A DNA stretch of 64,000 nt, from the NCBI RefSeq assembly GCF_003334815.1, contig NZ_QOWO01000005.1; one strand, given 5' to 3'. The notes under the pieces are model-generated. The model worked only from the letters and a program-made list of their open reading frames with translations, had not been told where the DNA came from and ran no database searches. How positions within the stretch are numbered: position 1 is the stretch's first letter; every line of letters begins with the position of its first letter. Below are positions 60,255 through 64,000 of the stretch, piece after piece. The translations under genes were made by a program, and so were the position numbers. Origin of the DNA: Escherichia coli. Lineage in GTDB: Bacteria > Pseudomonadota > Gammaproteobacteria > Enterobacterales > Enterobacteriaceae.

Positions 60255-61343
60255 TCAACCACCTGCTTTCATTACCCATTCAGAGATAAATTTATTACCC
60301 GGTACTGGCGGAGAGTACAAATAGCCCTGCAAAAAGTGAACGCCTTTACCGATCATTAAATCCGCCTGCTCCTGGGTTTCTACCCCTTCCGCCACGATAC
60401 TCAGACCAGGCTTACGCGCTAGTTCGACAATATTGTCCACAATATGACCGGAGATTTCGTCGACACTCGCCATTTGCACAAATGACTTATCGATCTTAAT
60501 AAAATCGACCGGGAACGCCTGCAAGTAACGATAGGTCGCATAACCCGTACCAAAGTCATCCAGCGCAAAGGTAATGTTGTGCTGATGAAGGCTGTCAAAT
60601 ATCGCTCTGGCTTCTGGCGTTACCGGAATAGGGTTACGTTCCGTTAGCTCGAGAACCAGCTTGATTTTATCGTTACCTAATTTATTAACCAGGTTCAGAC
60701 ACTCTTTTTCAAATCCCGCTGCCAAAAAACAACCCGCCGAGACGTTGATGCCAATATGGAAATTGTCCGGCAGCAAATGTTTTACCGGCATCAGAATATC
60801 CGCAGTCTGTTTCATCAGTTGGCGGGTCATTATGACAATAAGACCGGATGACTCCGCCAGAGGAATAAACTGATCCGGTGGGATAATTCCCGTTTGTGGA
60901 TGTTCCCAGCGGACAAGCACCTCACAGCCCGTCAGTACCCCAGTCTGCGCGCAGAAAACCGGTTGGATCCACGGTTTGAATTCGTGGTTTTCCAACGCCA
61001 GACTGATGGCTTCAGGCGTGACGATATGGTGATAGTGATTATCATTAATATATCTGTGACTATTACTCCCCGTGGCGGATATGATCTCCGGATTGTACTG
61101 AAAGAAAATATCGCGCCAGAAAGTAATATCGCTCTGAATCCCCAGTTTCTCAAAGAGCTGTTTCTTTTGATGTGAAATTGTCTTTGCACTGCGATTTCTG
61201 TACTGTGATATTTCTGTTACAGACATTCCCTGCATCAGCAGCTTGAGTAGCAGTCGTTCTTTCTCGGATACGCTACCAGGCAATGACAAATGAACCGTTG
61301 TACCGAACTCTTGCAGAAAAACACGAAAATCACATGAATTCAT
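60255..61343 (-). CDS. pdeL: PdeL (YahA), LuxR-HTH + EAL c-di-GMP phosphodiesterase
   Basis: The ORF track gives 60255..61349. I place the start at 61343 (MNSCDFRVFLQEFG...), giving 362 aa. It has a LuxR-type HTH (MSVTEISQYRNRSAKTISHQKKQLFEKL) and EAL-domain motifs (ELTE, DDFGTGYA). Confidence 0.95.
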   Translation of the reverse strand: MNSCDFRVFLQEFGTTVHLSLPGSVSEKERLLLKLLMQGMSVTEISQYRNRSAKTISHQKKQLFEKLGIQSDITFWRDIFFQYNPEIISATGSNSHRYINDNHYHHIVTPEAISLALENHEFKPWIQPVFCAQTGVLTGCEVLVRWEHPQTGIIPPDQFIPLAESSGLIVIMTRQLMKQTADILMPVKHLLPDNFHIGINVSAGCFLAAGFEKECLNLVNKLGNDKIKLVLELTERNPIPVTPEARAIFDSLHQHNITFALDDFGTGYATYRYLQAFPVDFIKIDKSFVQMASVDEISGHIVDNIVELARKPGLSIVAEGVETQEQADLMIGKGVHFLQGYLYSPPVPGNKFISEWVMKAGG

Positions 61344-62051
61344 GAACACACCTTTATCTTTTATCGCTGTTCAGTATGAGTGATTACCTGTCGATTCCTG
61401 AGCACACATAAGGGGTAACCATAAACATCAGCGATGCCATACGTATAACATCCCACATCACTATCAAGAAGATTATCTTTACCTCTGATGCTCGCTCAAA
61501 AACAGTTACGCTAAATACCTTAAAAAGGTAATCACAAGTCAAACTCAGGAGATAATCACGCAAGAATGCAATATTAAAATTCAGATACTCATTTTTGGTA
61601 ATAAAGAAGTAGTTGGACTATTTCAATATTTATAATTTCCCACTACATACTGGCATCCATTCATGAGCAAAGGCGCATTATATGAATTTAACAATCCAGA
61701 TCAACTGAAAATACCTCTCCCTCATAAACACATAGCGTCAACATTCAATGACATAATGAGTAAAGATGTTGGTTATGCATACGTATCATTACTCTATGCC
61801 TGTCCCTTAAAAACCCACTCATTAAGACTGAATCCATTCAGCAAATGATAACCAATATTATAGCAATGCCAATAAAAACAATATTTAAAACATTCAATAA
61901 AATATCACACACAGATAATTAAACCTTAAATAACAAATGGTTGCGTTAATTTCAGTTGATTTACGATACACATTTCTCATGAATAATGCGTCATTTCAAA
62001 TGATCAGCAATATTTACATTAAATAAGACTAAACTTATTGAACATTCGCAA

Positions 62052-62076
62052 CAGCCCAAATGTAGGTTTTGGGCTG
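62052..62076. terminator. Hairpin downstream of betT (9-bp perfect stem); possible bidirectional terminator
   Basis: cagcccaaa-tgtaggt-tttgggctg. A T-rich tract (ttcttttctttttt) follows on the + strand 8 nt later. It lies about 140 nt after the betT stop on the - strand. Confidence 0.5.
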
Positions 62077-62217
62077 CAATAGTTCTTTTCTTTTTTATTA
62101 TCTGTTGTCTGGTAATCATCAATAGATACTAAGGGCTTAACCGTATAGATATAACGTATCAAGAGGTAGGAGAAACAGCGCCATATGCAGACATGGCGCG
62201 GTTTTATGCAATAACAA

Positions 62218-64000
62218 TCACGCGTCCGGGAACATCACGCTATGGCCCGGCGCTTCACGATGGAGATGAATAAAGTTAAGGTGCCGCTCGTACTGGTCAA
62301 GAATATCGGTGATCACCTGCTCTTTGCTGTAGTCCATCAGGTCGTTGCCCTGGCTGCCTTCTAACAGGAAGGTTTCCAGCCGGTAGTAGGTCGATTTACC
62401 GCTGCGTGCGCGGTAGGTAAAGCCCGGCACCGAATATTGCTGCGGCCAAATCTGATAGACAAAGTTTTGCTCTTCGCCCATATGCACCAACAAATCCAGA
62501 TGACCCAACTGCTGTCCCTCTTCCGGTGGCAGGCTTTTTAGCTCCACGTACGCGCCGCGCAACCGCAACTCCTGCGCCACTTCTTCCATTGCCGGGTAAC
62601 AGACCGTCTCCATCATCTGTTTAGTGTAACGCGTGCCCGGATAATTCATCAGGCGCGAGAGACGTTTTTTCCAGCTCAGGCGATCCTGAAGCCCCAGCGG
62701 TCGCGGTGCGGTATCGCGGTTGGCACTTTCACGGCGGTAATCTTCTACCTTCAGAGATTTATACAACCCCGCCATCACGAAGAAGATCACAAAGCTGAAC
62801 GGCAGCCCCATAATCACCGTGGTGTTTTGCAGCGCGGATATCCCGTTAGTCATCAGCATGCCGAGCGTCAGCAGGCCAATCGCCACCGACCAGAAGACGC
62901 GCAGCCAGCCGGGGGCGTCGCTGTTGATATCTTTAAGCTGCGAGGTGAAATTCCCCAGCACCAGCGCCCCGGAGTCCGCCGAGGTCACATAAAACAGCAG
63001 GCCAGTAATGGTGGCGACGGAGGCGCTAAAGGTAAACGCCGGATACTGCGCCAGCAGGCTGTAGAAGCCGCGCTCCGGATGGACCATCGCTTCCTCGGCA
63101 AATGCCGCGCCGCCGTGGATGATTTCATACAGCGCGCTATTGCCGAACACCGAGAGCCATAACAGCGTGAAGGTAAACGGAATAATCAACGTGCCCAGCA
63201 CGAACTGGCGAATGGTACGCCCACGCGAGATACGCGCCAGGAACAAGCCGACAAACGGCGACCATGCCACCCACCATGCCCAGAAGAAGAGCGTCCAGTT
63301 ATTCATCCACTCAACCGGACGGTCGAAGGCAAAACTGTTGAGCGTCATGCCCATAAAGCGATTCACATAGTCGCCAACATTCAGCACCAGTGCATTAAGC
63401 AGGAACGAAGTGTCGCCCATAAACAATACGAACAGGATCAATCCCAGCGCCAGCGCGACATTAAGCTCCGATAACACGCGAATGCCCTTATCGACACCGG
63501 AGGTGACAGAGATCGTGGCGATTATCACCGACAAGGCGATCAGTGCCGCTTTCGCCGCCATCGAATCGGGAATATCAAACAGTACGCTCAAGCCATAGTT
63601 AAGCTGCACCACACCGATACCGAGCGTAGTGGCAATACCGAAGATAGTGCCGATCACCGCTGCAATATCCACTGAGTGACCTATCGGCCCGTTAATCCGT
63701 TTACCGAAGATCGGGTACAGCGCCGAGCGGATGGTGAGCGGCAAATTATAACGATAGCTAAAGTATCCGAGCGCCATGCCCATCAGCGCATACATCGACC
63801 AGCCGGTTAAGCCGTAGTGAAACAGCGTCCAGACCATCGCCTGACGCGCGGCCTCAATCGTCTGTCCCGCGCCTTCCGGCGGCTGCATATACTGCGTTAC
63901 CGGTTCGGCTACGGAGAAGAACATCAGGTCGATACCGATCCCGGCAGCAAACAGCATCGCCGCCCAACTCAGCAGGCTGAATTCCGGTTTGGATTGTTCT
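62218..64000 (-). CDS. betT: BetT choline transporter (BCCT family), C-terminal about 590 aa; 5' end beyond the window
   Basis: The reading frame is open from 62218 to the window edge. The track ORF 62218..63957 starts at an internal Met. Recognised BetT sequence, with a BCCT Trp-rich segment (WTLFFWAWWVAWSPFVG). Confidence 0.95.
   Translation of the reverse strand, partial: EQSKPEFSLLSWAAMLFAAGIGIDLMFFSVAEPVTQYMQPPEGAGQTIEAARQAMVWTLFHYGLTGWSMYALMGMALGYFSYRYNLPLTIRSALYPIFGKRINGPIGHSVDIAAVIGTIFGIATTLGIGVVQLNYGLSVLFDIPDSMAAKAALIALSVIIATISVTSGVDKGIRVLSELNVALALGLILFVLFMGDTSFLLNALVLNVGDYVNRFMGMTLNSFAFDRPVEWMNNWTLFFWAWWVAWSPFVGLFLARISRGRTIRQFVLGTLIIPFTFTLLWLSVFGNSALYEIIHGGAAFAEEAMVHPERGFYSLLAQYPAFTFSASVATITGLLFYVTSADSGALVLGNFTSQLKDINSDAPGWLRVFWSVAIGLLTLGMLMTNGISALQNTTVIMGLPFSFVIFFVMAGLYKSLKVEDYRRESANRDTAPRPLGLQDRLSWKKRLSRLMNYPGTRYTKQMMETVCYPAMEEVAQELRLRGAYVELKSLPPEEGQQLGHLDLLVHMGEEQNFVYQIWPQQYSVPGFTYRARSGKSTYYRLETFLLEGSQGNDLMDYSKEQVITDILDQYERHLNFIHLHREAPGHSVMFPDA

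Overview
This window is Escherichia coli chromosome from a K-12-like backbone, in reverse-complement orientation relative to MG1655 numbering. I recognise nearly every protein. Gene order is sbmA' - ampH - yaiV - yaiT - hemB - tauDCBA - yaiS/P/X/O - frmRAB - yaiL - mhpT - mhpEFDCBA - mhpR - lacIZYA - cynXST - cynR - codAB - prpEDCB - prpR - yahO/N/M/L/K/J/I/G/F/E/D - yahCB - pdeL(yahA) - betT'. I found no IS element, prophage, integrase, CRISPR array or recognisable defence system. REP/BIME arrays sit in at least nine intergenic regions. The strain is not MG1655: as I recall, yaiT and yaiX are interrupted by IS3 and IS2 there, and both are uninterrupted here. Most of the window is well-studied catabolism with its classical regulatory sites (lac O1/O2/O3/CAP, FrmR operator, MhpR operator, sigma54 PprpB, PurR box). 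I cannot honestly claim a clear novel system. The least explained items are five. (1) An 81-nt tRNA-like element with encoded CCA lies at the edge of the low-GC yahM-yahL segment. (2) The intact yaiS-yaiP-yaiX-yaiO module looks like a synthase-dependent exopolysaccharide system. (3) The yahDEFG-yahI-yahJ operon (FdrA/YlbE/YlbF-like proteins, carbamate kinase, Tat-exported amidohydrolase) has yahG broken by a +1 frameshift in an A7 run. (4) Two point-level oddities appear, YahK Asp43Ala and a G-to-A change at lac -1. (5) Several unexplained hairpins and palindromes occur. All reference comparisons are from memory and need alignment to confirm.
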